The notes beneath the pieces were generated by a model. The model did not search any database. It was not told the DNA's origin and worked only from the letters and a program-made list of their open reading frames with translations. Shown one piece after another: positions 1-9,044 of a stretch of DNA of 27,690 nt. This stretch comes from Pyrinomonadaceae bacterium (GTDB lineage: Bacteria > Acidobacteriota > Blastocatellia > Pyrinomonadales > Pyrinomonadaceae), in assembly GCA_035628755.1 (NCBI GenBank), contig DASPJG010000542.1:1-27690 (forward strand), written 5' to 3'. A program made the position numbers and the translations under genes. Positions within the stretch are counted from its first letter, which is position 1; each line of letters starts with the position of its first letter.

Positions 1-100
1 GAAGCTACCTCTCGACCATGAGAAAGCAAGGGCGCGGTGTTCTCCCAGCCCTTGAAGGGGCGTGCCGCGGAGTGCCGCTAAGTGCTAGAAAACGCTAAGA

Positions 101-140
101 ATAGCTGAACAGATACAAAACGCGGTGTCTATTCAGCTAT
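101..140 (-). terminator. Imperfect 15-bp inverted repeat; possible intrinsic terminator downstream of the UDP-glucuronate decarboxylase gene
   Basis: ATAGCTGAA-C-AGATAC-AAAACGCG-GTGTCT-A-TTCAGCTAT. On the minus strand it is followed by TCTTAGCGTTTT, only partly U-rich, about 190 nt past the stop at 329. Confidence 0.35.
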
Positions 141-328
141 CATGCAAAGACAGGCAAACAAAGGTGATTCCGGTGAGATAAGAGCGTCATAGCTCAAGCG
201 TATTCCTTCTCCTTTCCTGATGCCAGCAGATTTGAGCTTGCGACCTTCCGCACTCTAAAATATTTCTCGCAACACTACCGTCGCTACTATTTGCACCAGA
301 ACCGATTGATTTAGATATCAGGTTCCGT

Positions 329-1291
329 TTACTCATTCTGTCTAATTCTCCACCGCGCTTCAAAGTCGGCGATAGTTTTGCTGATCCCTTCTTGCAGGGA
401 GACGGTGGGTGACCAGCCCAGCAAAGTTTGTGCGCGCGAAATGTCAGGCCTGCGTTGTTTCGGGTCGTCCGGGGGCAGTGGGCAGAATTTGATGCTCACC
501 TCCCGTCCGCATAACCTGATCACTTCTTCAGCCAACTGTCGCATCGTACATTCGTCGGGACTGCCTAAATTGACAGGATCACAGATGTCAAATCTATCAG
601 GGGCTTGCCCCACGTTCATTAAACGAATCAGACCTTGCACCAGATCATCCACATAACAGAAGGAGCGGGTTTGAGTGCCCGTGCCGTAGATCGTCAAGTC
701 TTCGCCCCTGAGCGCTTGCAGGATGAAATTTGATACCACCCGTCCGTCATTTTCCTGCATCCTCGGCCCATAGGTGTTGAAGATTCTGGCGATGCGTGTA
801 TCCACCCCGTGCTGGCGGTGATAATCCATCATCAGCGTCTCGGCCACGCGTTTCCCTTCGTCGTAGCAACTGCGCAACCCAACAGGATTAACATAACCCC
901 AATAATCTTCCGTCTGTGGGTGAACTACCGGGTCGCCATACACTTCGGAAGTCGAGGCTTGCAGGATGCGCGCGCCTGAACGATGCGCGAGGTCCAGCAT
1001 GTTAATCGCGCCTAGGACGTTCGTCTTGATAGTCTTCACTGGATTGCACTGGTAGTGAGCGGGAGAGGCAGGACAAGCGAGGTTGTAAATTTGCTCTATC
1101 TCTAAATGGATGGGGTCTATAACATCGCCCTGTAGTAGCTTGAAGCGTGCGTGTCCCAATAGGTGAAAAATGTTGTCGCGGCGTCCCGTAAAGAAATTAT
1201 CGAGGCAGACGACCTGTTGACCTTCCGCCAATAGCTGTTCGCACAAGTGAGAACCAAGGAAACCGCTTCCGCCGGTAACTAGAATTTTCAT
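329..1291 (-). CDS. uxs: UDP-glucuronic acid decarboxylase family (extended SDR NAD-dependent epimerase/dehydratase), 320 aa
   Basis: [15 protein letters not shown] (GxxGxxG), [28 protein letters not shown] (YxxxK), [28 protein letters not shown]. Start trimmed from 1426 to the ATG at 1291, where the family N-terminus begins. Confidence 0.92.
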   Translation of the reverse strand: MKILVTGGSGFLGSHLCEQLLAEGQQVVCLDNFFTGRRDNIFHLLGHARFKLLQGDVIDPIHLEIEQIYNLACPASPAHYQCNPVKTIKTNVLGAINMLDLAHRSGARILQASTSEVYGDPVVHPQTEDYWGYVNPVGLRSCYDEGKRVAETLMMDYHRQHGVDTRIARIFNTYGPRMQENDGRVVSNFILQALRGEDLTIYGTGTQTRSFCYVDDLVQGLIRLMNVGQAPDRFDICDPVNLGSPDECTMRQLAEEVIRLCGREVSIKFCPLPPDDPKQRRPDISRAQTLLGWSPTVSLQEGISKTIADFEARWRIRQNE

Positions 1292-1716
1292 GTGGCAAGG
1301 TTCGGCATTTTGTCGTTTTGGAGTGCCGCTTGGGAAAGAGCAGCAGCTATTTATCCGTGAGGCTTCCGTGAACGAATACAACACCCGGCAGTAAATTAAG
1401 TCTTGAGCCGCCTGATAAATCATCAAGGATCACGACGGCGCGTAAACTAGGGGCGGATTATAACTGGAAAAGTGATTGCTGCAACACTACTGTATGTTAT
1501 CCTGAGCGAAGCATTAGCTGATTTGCTTTAAGACGAATGGCCATAGCTCATTCAGTTCCGGCATGGCCGTTTCTGGCCGGTCGGATTTAATCAACATCTC
1601 ACACAACTCATGCAACGTCACTTCTTTTTTGAGCCAAGCGATAACGGTTTATCTTGAGACACTGGAAGGGCGCGGCAATCCGCGCAGCCAGCCGCGTCCA
1701 ACAAGGGTACGAAGGA

Positions 1717-1732
1717 TGGCGCACGCTTTGCT
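1717..1732 (+). promoter_or_regulatory. Candidate sigma54 (-24/-12) promoter for the GT-C / oxidoreductase / PaaK-like operon
   Basis: TGGCGCACGCTTTGCT with GG at 1718-1719 and GC at 1730-1731 (canonical GG-N10-GC spacing, TTGCT at -12). It lies in the intergenic region about 165 nt upstream of the GTG at 1896. Confidence 0.55.
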
Positions 1733-1895
1733 TCGGTATAGCCATCAGCCCTCGGGTTGTTACGTCCGATGCGTGTTCAACAGGCCGTCTGTGGTGTAGT
1801 AACCCTCTCACAACCGACACCCAGGTTAAGATGAGATTCGATAGCCCTCTCGTCGCGTTCAAACTCACACACCCTACTGGGCTGGAGAAGTAAAC

Positions 1896-4250
1896 GTGAA
1901 GAAGACCCTAATATTCATGACGGGACTAGGCTTTGGCGCGGTTCTGACATACCTCTTCGAGCCAAGCAAGGGAAGACGGCGTGGGGTGCCCGTGCGAAAC
2001 AGGAGGGCGCGCGGAGTAGGTAACGCGGCGAATGTAATTGATAGTTCTTTGTCGGGTATCGGTCAGTACACGCAACGGGTTGAGGGCGAACCGGCGTTTA
2101 CCATGAGCGGTACACACCCGGCAAAGCATGAAGTTAGTGCGTGGAACTTCGCGGAGCCGGATTCGTCGTGCCGGAGCGACGAGCCGCATCAACTTTCCAT
2201 GCGCGCTCGCACAGCACCTTATCTGGCGGGTGAGGATAGATCGTGGAAATCGTGTAGGCGGGCGAGTAACACGTCGGGGCTAATTAACTCAGACTCCTTA
2301 TCTACCGGATGGTCGGAAGTGCTGCTAACTAAGAGCGATAGCTTAGTCTCCCGCGGCTCATTTTTGAGCACCTGCGTGTGGAGTTTACAGAAGGCTAAAA
2401 GCATTTATGAGCGCACTTCCGAGTGGCCGTTGATGCGTGAATTGTATGGTGAGGTGGTCTGGGGCGGGCGTCTTATCTTTGGTTTGATCTGTCGGATTTC
2501 TTTTGGCGTGTGTCTTTGCACGGCGGGGCTTGGCATACTCACGCGCCGTTCCTCCTCACGCGCGACCGTCTTCCGCACCGAGGGACTGAAAAACAATAAA
2601 TTTACAAAGAAAGAGGTTGCGTTGGTTGCGGGCTTAACGTCTCTGGCCTTGCTCTCACGCCTCTCACTCCTGCGCTTCCAGCAGGTCATGACTCCAGACG
2701 GAGTCTACTACGCGACCTTAGGGAAAAACCTCGTCGCGGGGAACTTCAGGGAGGGGCTGAGTACCTTCTACCCGCCGCTCTATCCACTATTGGTGGGACT
2801 CTCCTCCTGCATCTTCCGTGATGCGGAAGCCGGGGGGAAGATGGTCTCCGCGATGGCTGGCGGCTTGTTAGTCGTCCCCGTTTATTTATTGATTCGAATT
2901 CTTTACGGCGAAGGCGCAGCCGCAATCGGCGCTTTCTTAATCGCCACCCACCCCTCATTAAACTATTACTCGTCGCTTCTTTTAACCGAATCAACTTACA
3001 CGCTTTTATTCATGACCGCAGTGCTGGTGGGATGGATTGCGCTGTCAACGGGAGGCTCGGCCTTCCTCTCAACAGGAATCTTACTGGGAGCTTGCTATTT
3101 AGTTAGACCCGAGGCGATTGGCTATCTCTGCCTGATGTTAGTCTTAGCGTGCGGCAACGGTTTTTCGGGCAAACGCTTGCCGCTCCGAAGAGTGCTATTG
3201 AATGTCCTCAGTTTAGTCACGGGTTTTACGCTGCTGGCTTCCCCATACATTTTGTTACTCCGGCAACGCACAGGCAGGTGGACTATTAGCGATAAGCTGC
3301 GCGCGCTCGCGGGGTCCAACGAAAGTCTGGAAAGAAAATGGTTCGGCCTCGCGGCGGGACGGCGAACAACTCTGGCAGACAGACTGTATGGGGGAATTTA
3401 TGAGGATGACGCCGGAACTGTTGAAGCGGGGTCAACTCGCTCAAGTCCGCGAGACTTACGCCGCGCCGTCGGCCACAGCATCAAGGCATTAAAATGGGAA
3501 ATAAGTTATTTGATCCACCATCTGCTCCCTCCTCACCTCCTGTTGCTCCTGGGATTGGGACTGTTTAAGGCGGAGTGGACGAAGGAGTTTTATCTATTGC
3601 TCTTTTTCGTGGCGACCCTGATCGGGTATGCCATGCTCCCGGACGCCGTCGAGGGTAGACTCCTGCTGCCACTGCTGCCGCTGCTGCTCTGTTGGGTGGC
3701 GAGAGGGATCGAAGAGGTCGAGGACTGGCTCAACAGGTTATTGGAACGTATAAAATTTTCAAGAGCTTTTTCGTTAAAGGCCGGGCAGGTGCTCAGGGCA
3801 GCGGGCATGGCGGCACTGCTGCTATCCCTCCTGCCGTGGATCGCCCATACCTTTATCAGGGGTCAACTGAACCAACTGGTCGAGCACCAACAGGCGGGCG
3901 CGTGGGTGAGAGAACACTCGGACGCGGCGGCCCTTGTGATGGCTACTAATCCCTATGTAGCTTTTTACGCCATGCGGAAATCTCTCTACCTGCCTGCCGA
4001 GGAATATTTAACAGTCGTTGAACATGCGATGCGCCAAAAGGTTGATTACCTCGTGATAGATGAGGGTGTCATATCGAGGGGGCATTGGGGCAATAACGAA
4101 TTCTCGCATTTACGGTTTCTGCTTGACGAGCAAAGCCACCATCCCGAACTCAAACTGATTTATAAATTCGACGGCTTGCCGAATCGCAAAATACTTATCT
4201 ACACGCTGGCCCGAGATTTTCAAACCTTCGACGTCGAATCATTATCCTAA
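1896..4250 (+). CDS. GT-C fold (ArnT/PMT-like, glycosyltransferase family 39-type) polytopic membrane glycosyltransferase with an unusual ~230-aa N-terminal extension
   Basis: From about codon 231: first TM helix, then the loop MTPDGVYYATLGKNL...FYPPLYPLL, LLTESTYTLLF, YLVRPEA, RLLLPLLP and many TM helices, typical of GT-C enzymes. GTG start preceded by GGAGAAG. The true start could be further downstream. Confidence 0.8.
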   Translation: MKKTLIFMTGLGFGAVLTYLFEPSKGRRRGVPVRNRRARGVGNAANVIDSSLSGIGQYTQRVEGEPAFTMSGTHPAKHEVSAWNFAEPDSSCRSDEPHQLSMRARTAPYLAGEDRSWKSCRRASNTSGLINSDSLSTGWSEVLLTKSDSLVSRGSFLSTCVWSLQKAKSIYERTSEWPLMRELYGEVVWGGRLIFGLICRISFGVCLCTAGLGILTRRSSSRATVFRTEGLKNNKFTKKEVALVAGLTSLALLSRLSLLRFQQVMTPDGVYYATLGKNLVAGNFREGLSTFYPPLYPLLVGLSSCIFRDAEAGGKMVSAMAGGLLVVPVYLLIRILYGEGAAAIGAFLIATHPSLNYYSSLLLTESTYTLLFMTAVLVGWIALSTGGSAFLSTGILLGACYLVRPEAIGYLCLMLVLACGNGFSGKRLPLRRVLLNVLSLVTGFTLLASPYILLLRQRTGRWTISDKLRALAGSNESLERKWFGLAAGRRTTLADRLYGGIYEDDAGTVEAGSTRSSPRDLRRAVGHSIKALKWEISYLIHHLLPPHLLLLLGLGLFKAEWTKEFYLLLFFVATLIGYAMLPDAVEGRLLLPLLPLLLCWVARGIEEVEDWLNRLLERIKFSRAFSLKAGQVLRAAGMAALLLSLLPWIAHTFIRGQLNQLVEHQQAGAWVREHSDAAALVMATNPYVAFYAMRKSLYLPAEEYLTVVEHAMRQKVDYLVIDEGVISRGHWGNNEFSHLRFLLDEQSHHPELKLIYKFDGLPNRKILIYTLARDFQTFDVESLS

Positions 4251-4364
4251 TCCAACCGGCTTTAAACGAAACTCAATGGCGCAGCTTGCGAAGTGAAAAG
4301 CGAAACAAAGAAAGAGGGATGCTTCAATTTCACTTGCCCTAATCCGGACGGGCGCGGTGAGGTG

Positions 4365-5843
4365 ATGGCTTGCCCGTCACCTTCCAACTCTTCGCAGCCA
4401 AACGAGAAAATCATCATCCTCGGTGGCGGCATCACGGGACTCACCACGGCATGGGAGTTATCCAAACATTCCACACTCCCCATTCTCCTGATCGAGAAGA
4501 ATGCCTGCGCGGGAGGGCTGGCCGGTTCGCTGCAACGGAAAGACCGGGTATTCGACTTCGGCTCTCATCGAATCCATGAGCAATATGACCCTGAAGTGTT
4601 CAGCATCATCAAAGAACTCTTAGGCAGCGAATTGCTCAAAAGACCCAGAAGAGGACAGATCAGAATTCAGGGTAAATTTCTTGATTACCCGCCCGCAATC
4701 ACTCAGATACTGACGAGTTTCGGCTTTGCCGAGGGGGGACGATTTTTCCGTGACTTCCTGCTTTCAAGAAACTACTTTTTCTTCATACCGGGCCGGACAA
4801 CCACGCATAACCGGAGAACCTCTTTTGAAGCATACGCCACACACGCCGTCGGCAAGAGACTCTACGAGAACTTTTACAAGCCGTATGCCTTGAAACTTTG
4901 GGGAGTATCGCCAGCGGGTTTGTCGTTCGAGCCAGCGGTGAGTCGGGTCAAGAAATTCGAAGTGCGCACGGTCTGGAATGAAGTAAAGAAAAAAGCGACG
5001 GGGGCCGACGCCGCATACTCTTTCTACTATCCCGCGAGAGGCTTCGGCCAGATCGCGGAGAAGATACAGGAGCGGTTCATCGCAAATGGTGGCGAAATAC
5101 TTTTTGAGAGCAGCGTCGAGAGGCTGGAGTTAAATGAAGATTCTGAGATTGAAGCAATCCACATCCGTATGGCGGGGGGAGAATCCCGTCGGGTGCGGTC
5201 TAAACTATTTATCTCCACCGCCCCGATTGACGTCTTGCATCGTTTAGTATGCTCCGCGCAGGGGAACAGCGAGAGCGACAATCTGGGCTTATCCTGGCGG
5301 TCGCTAAGAATTCTCTACCTCTTCACGCCGGATAAAATTCCTTCCGAGCATGAGACCTACTACTTCCCTGAGCCGGACGTGATTTTTGGCCGTGTTTCTG
5401 AACCCGCCAAGTATAGCCCGTTCCTGAACCAAGCTACTGAGAAAAGCGCCCTCGTGATAGAGATACCCTGCACCTTCGACGACGAGATTTGGAATATGGA
5501 AGACAATGTTATCGCGGCGCGCTGCATAAGCGATCTGCGCAAACTTAAAATCCTGAGCCTTGAGTCGCGCGGGGCAGCGGAACACTTCTCACACAAGATC
5601 AAGAATCTTTATCCTGTTTACGAGTTGGGATGGAAAGAGAATCTGAACAAAGCTCTACGGAGATTTAATCTCATCAAGAATCTATATTTCGTCGGGCGTC
5701 CCGCTCTCTTTCTCCATTGCAACGTTGACCATTGTATGGCGATGGCTCTGAAACTCGCGCGCTTTCTCTCGGCAGGAGACGGGGCTCGGGAGGATTGGGA
5801 GCGGTCTCTAAACGATGTCTTCGACCTTTCGCTTCACGACTAG
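4365..5843 (+). CDS. FAD-dependent oxidoreductase (protoporphyrinogen oxidase-like / UDP-galactopyranose mutase-like family often found in glycan clusters)
   Basis: Dinucleotide-binding IILGGGITGLTTAWEL, EKNACAGGLAGS, FDFGSHRIH, YYPARGFGQI, YPVY, and C-terminal VGRPALFLHCNVDH. ATG at 4365 chosen; the ORF track start is 4293. Confidence 0.8.
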   Translation: MACPSPSNSSQPNEKIIILGGGITGLTTAWELSKHSTLPILLIEKNACAGGLAGSLQRKDRVFDFGSHRIHEQYDPEVFSIIKELLGSELLKRPRRGQIRIQGKFLDYPPAITQILTSFGFAEGGRFFRDFLLSRNYFFFIPGRTTTHNRRTSFEAYATHAVGKRLYENFYKPYALKLWGVSPAGLSFEPAVSRVKKFEVRTVWNEVKKKATGADAAYSFYYPARGFGQIAEKIQERFIANGGEILFESSVERLELNEDSEIEAIHIRMAGGESRRVRSKLFISTAPIDVLHRLVCSAQGNSESDNLGLSWRSLRILYLFTPDKIPSEHETYYFPEPDVIFGRVSEPAKYSPFLNQATEKSALVIEIPCTFDDEIWNMEDNVIAARCISDLRKLKILSLESRGAAEHFSHKIKNLYPVYELGWKENLNKALRRFNLIKNLYFVGRPALFLHCNVDHCMAMALKLARFLSAGDGAREDWERSLNDVFDLSLHD

Positions 5844-5867
5844 ATTTTCCTGAGGAGCGAAGCGCGG

Positions 5868-7235
5868 ATGGCACTGGAATTCAAACTCAGCGATTTCGCT
5901 CACCCGGCGGCAATCATTAAGCTGCGCGCGACCTTTGAGAAAACCCAGTGGTTCACCACGGAGGAGCAGACGCTCTATCAAGAACGTCTGCTCCGACGAA
6001 TCGTCGAGCATGCTTACCGCTACGTGCCGTATTATCGAGACCTCTTCGACAGTATCCATCTAAAGCCGGACGACATTCGACGGCTCTCCGACCTCAATAA
6101 AATCCCAATTCTCACCAAAGAGATCTTACATGCGCGGTTTAAGGGGCTAGAAGCGACGAACAGCCGCGCATTTCGCCCGCAAGTTCTTTGCACCAGCGGC
6201 ACGACCGGGCGGAGCATCCAATTCCTCGTTGATAGACCTTCGAACGTTCTGGAGTTTGTGTATTACTGGCGGCATTGGAACTGGGCGGGCTATCGGCTCG
6301 GCGCGCCGTTCGCCGAGTTCTCCAGCGTCTTCTTTTTGCAGGGTGACGAAAAATCCCGGCTCGCGTCGCATCATCAAAGGTTGACCAGCAGGCTGCTGCT
6401 GAACAGCCTCACGATGTCACACGCTAGTGTCAGAGATTACGTCGGAGCGATCAGGAAATACCGTCCGCTCTTTCTTAAAGGTTTGCCGTCGGTGCTCTAC
6501 TACTTCTCACTCTTCCTGCGGCGGCAGGGCGTTGCGGACATATCTTTCAAAGCGGTCTTCTCCACCGGCGAGACGCTCGTTCCGCGCTATCGCAAGCTAA
6601 TCGAAGAGGCCTTCGGTTGTAAGGTTTACGACTCCTACGGCCACATGGAACGAACCGTCGCGATCTCGGAGTGCCCTCACGGCGGTCTCCACATCAATCG
6701 TGACTACGGCATCATGGAACTCATTCCGCAGACTGGCCTCAGGGCAGACCTTACCGGCAAAGGCCGCGATGGGGTGGCTCACAGCGCGAGCGTCATCGGG
6801 ACTTCACTTTACAACTTCAGCATGCCACTCCTCCGTTACGAAGTCGGAGATACGGTCTCGGTTGACCCGGAGAAAAGGTGTGCGTGCGGGCGGCAATTTC
6901 CTCTCGTCAGCGCAGTAGAGGGGAGGCAAAGCGAAGTGCTCTTGACGCCGGAAGGAAAAGTGATTACCGCGGCGTTTCTGGTCTTCGAAGACGTGCCGGA
7001 TATTTTGGAAGGACAAATCTTGCAGGAGTCGCCTGACCGTCTATATGTCAAAATCGTTCCCGCCCCGTCTTTCTCGAAGGCCAGCGAGGCGTTTTTAAAA
7101 TCCCGCCTGCAAATGTTGGTCGGGACAGACGCGAAGATAACAGTAGAACGCTGCGATAGCTCGGAATTGCTTCGTGCGAGTTCAGGCAAAGTTTTAACGG
7201 TAGTATCAAATTACCCGGCGAGACAGGCTATTTAA
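5868..7235 (+). CDS. Phenylacetate-CoA ligase family / CapK-like adenylate-forming enzyme
   Basis: VPYYRDLF, PILTKE, TSGTTG P-loop, STGE, DSYGHMER (YGxxE), PLLRYEVGD, C-terminal SGK. RBS GAGGAG upstream. Confidence 0.85.
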   Translation: MALEFKLSDFAHPAAIIKLRATFEKTQWFTTEEQTLYQERLLRRIVEHAYRYVPYYRDLFDSIHLKPDDIRRLSDLNKIPILTKEILHARFKGLEATNSRAFRPQVLCTSGTTGRSIQFLVDRPSNVLEFVYYWRHWNWAGYRLGAPFAEFSSVFFLQGDEKSRLASHHQRLTSRLLLNSLTMSHASVRDYVGAIRKYRPLFLKGLPSVLYYFSLFLRRQGVADISFKAVFSTGETLVPRYRKLIEEAFGCKVYDSYGHMERTVAISECPHGGLHINRDYGIMELIPQTGLRADLTGKGRDGVAHSASVIGTSLYNFSMPLLRYEVGDTVSVDPEKRCACGRQFPLVSAVEGRQSEVLLTPEGKVITAAFLVFEDVPDILEGQILQESPDRLYVKIVPAPSFSKASEAFLKSRLQMLVGTDAKITVERCDSSELLRASSGKVLTVVSNYPARQAI

Positions 7236-7989
7236 ACGCCTGAATGATGGCGTAGGTGCTCAAGTATTTGAGGGGCGTCAGATATTTGTTGACGAGTGAA
7301 AAATCGAATCTTCCTAAAGGCCGCAACAACCCATCGGTGCCCGTCTTCCAGAGGCAATACTTTATGCTTTCCCGCGTCAAACATTCCATGTAATGGAATT
7401 TAACCTCCGGGAACGCGCTTTCGATCAGTGCCAAATCTTCTCCGCTGAGTTCCCCCTCGTCGTCTGTCAACGGGCTGGGGTGGAAGGGAAGTTTCCCATG
7501 AATCCAGCGCATGGGTTTCAGCAGGCAGACAGGTTCTTCGGCGAGGAAGCGACCACCTTCCACTAAGGATTGATGGACTCGCTCTATGACCTTCGCTAGA
7601 TTCATGTGGTGAAGCGCCCGCTTACAGACCACGACATCGAACTTCTCTTCGAACGACATCTCTTCGCAATCCATCACCACCGCGCAGAGATTTTTTTCAA
7701 TGCCCATTTGCCGTGCCAGTTCATTGGTTTGCCCTGAGGCCACGTCGGAAATATCGACGCTGACAACTCGATTGTTGTTTTTCGCCAAAGACACGCCCAC
7801 GGTGTCAACGCCGCCTCCTATTGTCAGAATCTTCTGGCCGCTGAACTTTCTCAAAAGATCGTTGAAGGCATCTTCGCTGTAGGAAGAATTGGTGAAGGAT
7901 TGGCTCCATACGTATTTCTCGTGATTAAGTCCTTCAGCCCGATACGCTTCATTCCAGTATTGCTTCTCTCTGGTCGCTCGATCATTCAT
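7228..7989 (-). CDS. Class I SAM-dependent methyltransferase
   Basis: Motif I KILTIGGG, acidic motif II VVSVDIS, MDCEEM, FDVVVCKRALHHM, LVEGGRFLAEEP. RBS GAGAGG upstream. Confidence 0.85.
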   Translation of the reverse strand: MNDRATREKQYWNEAYRAEGLNHEKYVWSQSFTNSSYSEDAFNDLLRKFSGQKILTIGGGVDTVGVSLAKNNNRVVSVDISDVASGQTNELARQMGIEKNLCAVVMDCEEMSFEEKFDVVVCKRALHHMNLAKVIERVHQSLVEGGRFLAEEPVCLLKPMRWIHGKLPFHPSPLTDDEGELSGEDLALIESAFPEVKFHYMECLTRESIKYCLWKTGTDGLLRPLGRFDFSLVNKYLTPLKYLSTYAIIQAFK

Positions 7990-8006
7990 GCTTCAGTAGC
8001 CTCTCG

Positions 8007-9044
8007 TCACATAAGCATTCCTTCCCGCTGATTGGTGTACCACCTTTTAAATGTTTTGATGTCGAACCACTGAGCGTCGAAATGCTCCACGGCGAACCGC
8101 GCGTTGTTATCTTCCGCGACCGGCATTCCTTTGAGCAAAAATATTTTCCGCCGGGCCGCATGACTTTCCACCAATGTGGAGATGCCGGGTTTTGTAATAA
8201 TGCTCGCGCACTCTCTAAGCAACGGCGCGAGTGTCGGTACGACGCCGTGAACCTGAATCTTCGCATTGTTCCCGAAGCCGTCTTGCAGCTTCTCGTAAGC
8301 TTTCGTATTCTCGGCGCACACGGCATGGATTCTTAAATCTGGCAAAGCACCAGACAGTTTCTCCACCGTCTCGACGATTGGACCCTGCCCCCAGAAGCCA
8401 CAGACGAGCAAGACACTGTTGATGTCTGCCTGAACTTCCGAAATGTCCAGGTATTCCTGTCTGGCCGGGAGATTGATTTTGATGAACCGCACGTGTCGAG
8501 GCATCTCAAACCTGAGCGCGCTGCTCTCGACGGGAGACAGAAACCCATTCAACTGTTCCCAGAACTGATACTTCCATCCTAAATTTTTTCCATACTCGCC
8601 TAGTACTCCCCACACGGAAAAATCCAGTCGCTCCCGCCTTTTCACATTGGCAACCCAGAAGGCCGGGCGATGACTGACGCAGATTACCGTCTTGACGCCG
8701 AGAGTTTCGATCTTCTCGCGCAGGTTTCCCAGATCAGCTGTGTTGAATAGTTTCTCTCTGAGGTACTTGCGGTAGTAAAAAAGCGGGATTTTGTAAACGA
8801 GGTATAAAAGAAAAGGGAAGTTGTTCGATATGTATTTGTACCGTTCGAGGTCTTCCCTGACCACGTCAGGGGAAACGAACTCCTCGATTGGAACATGGTA
8901 CACGGGATGCTTATCTTTCAATCGCTGCCGGATCGCTTCGCCGAGGGTGTACATGCCCCGCCCGACCACCGTGCTGACGATCAGGACGGGCGGCTCAAAG
9001 TGTTCGGATAAATCTTCGACCTCAAAGAATCTTCCGCTTGGCAT
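8007..9044 (-). CDS. GT28/MGDG-synthase-like (UgtP-like) GT-B glycosyltransferase, divergent
   Basis: N-terminal LIVSTVVGRG, VICVSH, LLVCGFWGQG, VCAENTKAYEKL, and C-terminal ASIITKPGISTLVES...E.NN resembling the GT28 DLxITKPGGxTxxE motif. Confidence 0.7.
   Translation of the reverse strand: MPSGRFFEVEDLSEHFEPPVLIVSTVVGRGMYTLGEAIRQRLKDKHPVYHVPIEEFVSPDVVREDLERYKYISNNFPFLLYLVYKIPLFYYRKYLREKLFNTADLGNLREKIETLGVKTVICVSHRPAFWVANVKRRERLDFSVWGVLGEYGKNLGWKYQFWEQLNGFLSPVESSALRFEMPRHVRFIKINLPARQEYLDISEVQADINSVLLVCGFWGQGPIVETVEKLSGALPDLRIHAVCAENTKAYEKLQDGFGNNAKIQVHGVVPTLAPLLRECASIITKPGISTLVESHAARRKIFLLKGMPVAEDNNARFAVEHFDAQWFDIKTFKRWYTNQREGMLM

Noticed and set aside
274-290. ops/JUMPstart-like GACGGTAG on the minus strand near a sugar-nucleotide gene
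   Set aside because: One mismatch in an 8-mer, downstream rather than upstream of the gene, and the rest of the JUMPstart sequence is absent.
1292-1426. 45-codon N-terminal extension of the UXS ORF
   Set aside because: Family similarity begins at MKILVTGG (1291) and the extension looks like translated intergenic DNA.
1563-1893. Short overlapping ORFs in the divergent intergenic region
   Set aside because: No motifs or RBS, mutually overlapping, and they cover the sigma54-like promoter.
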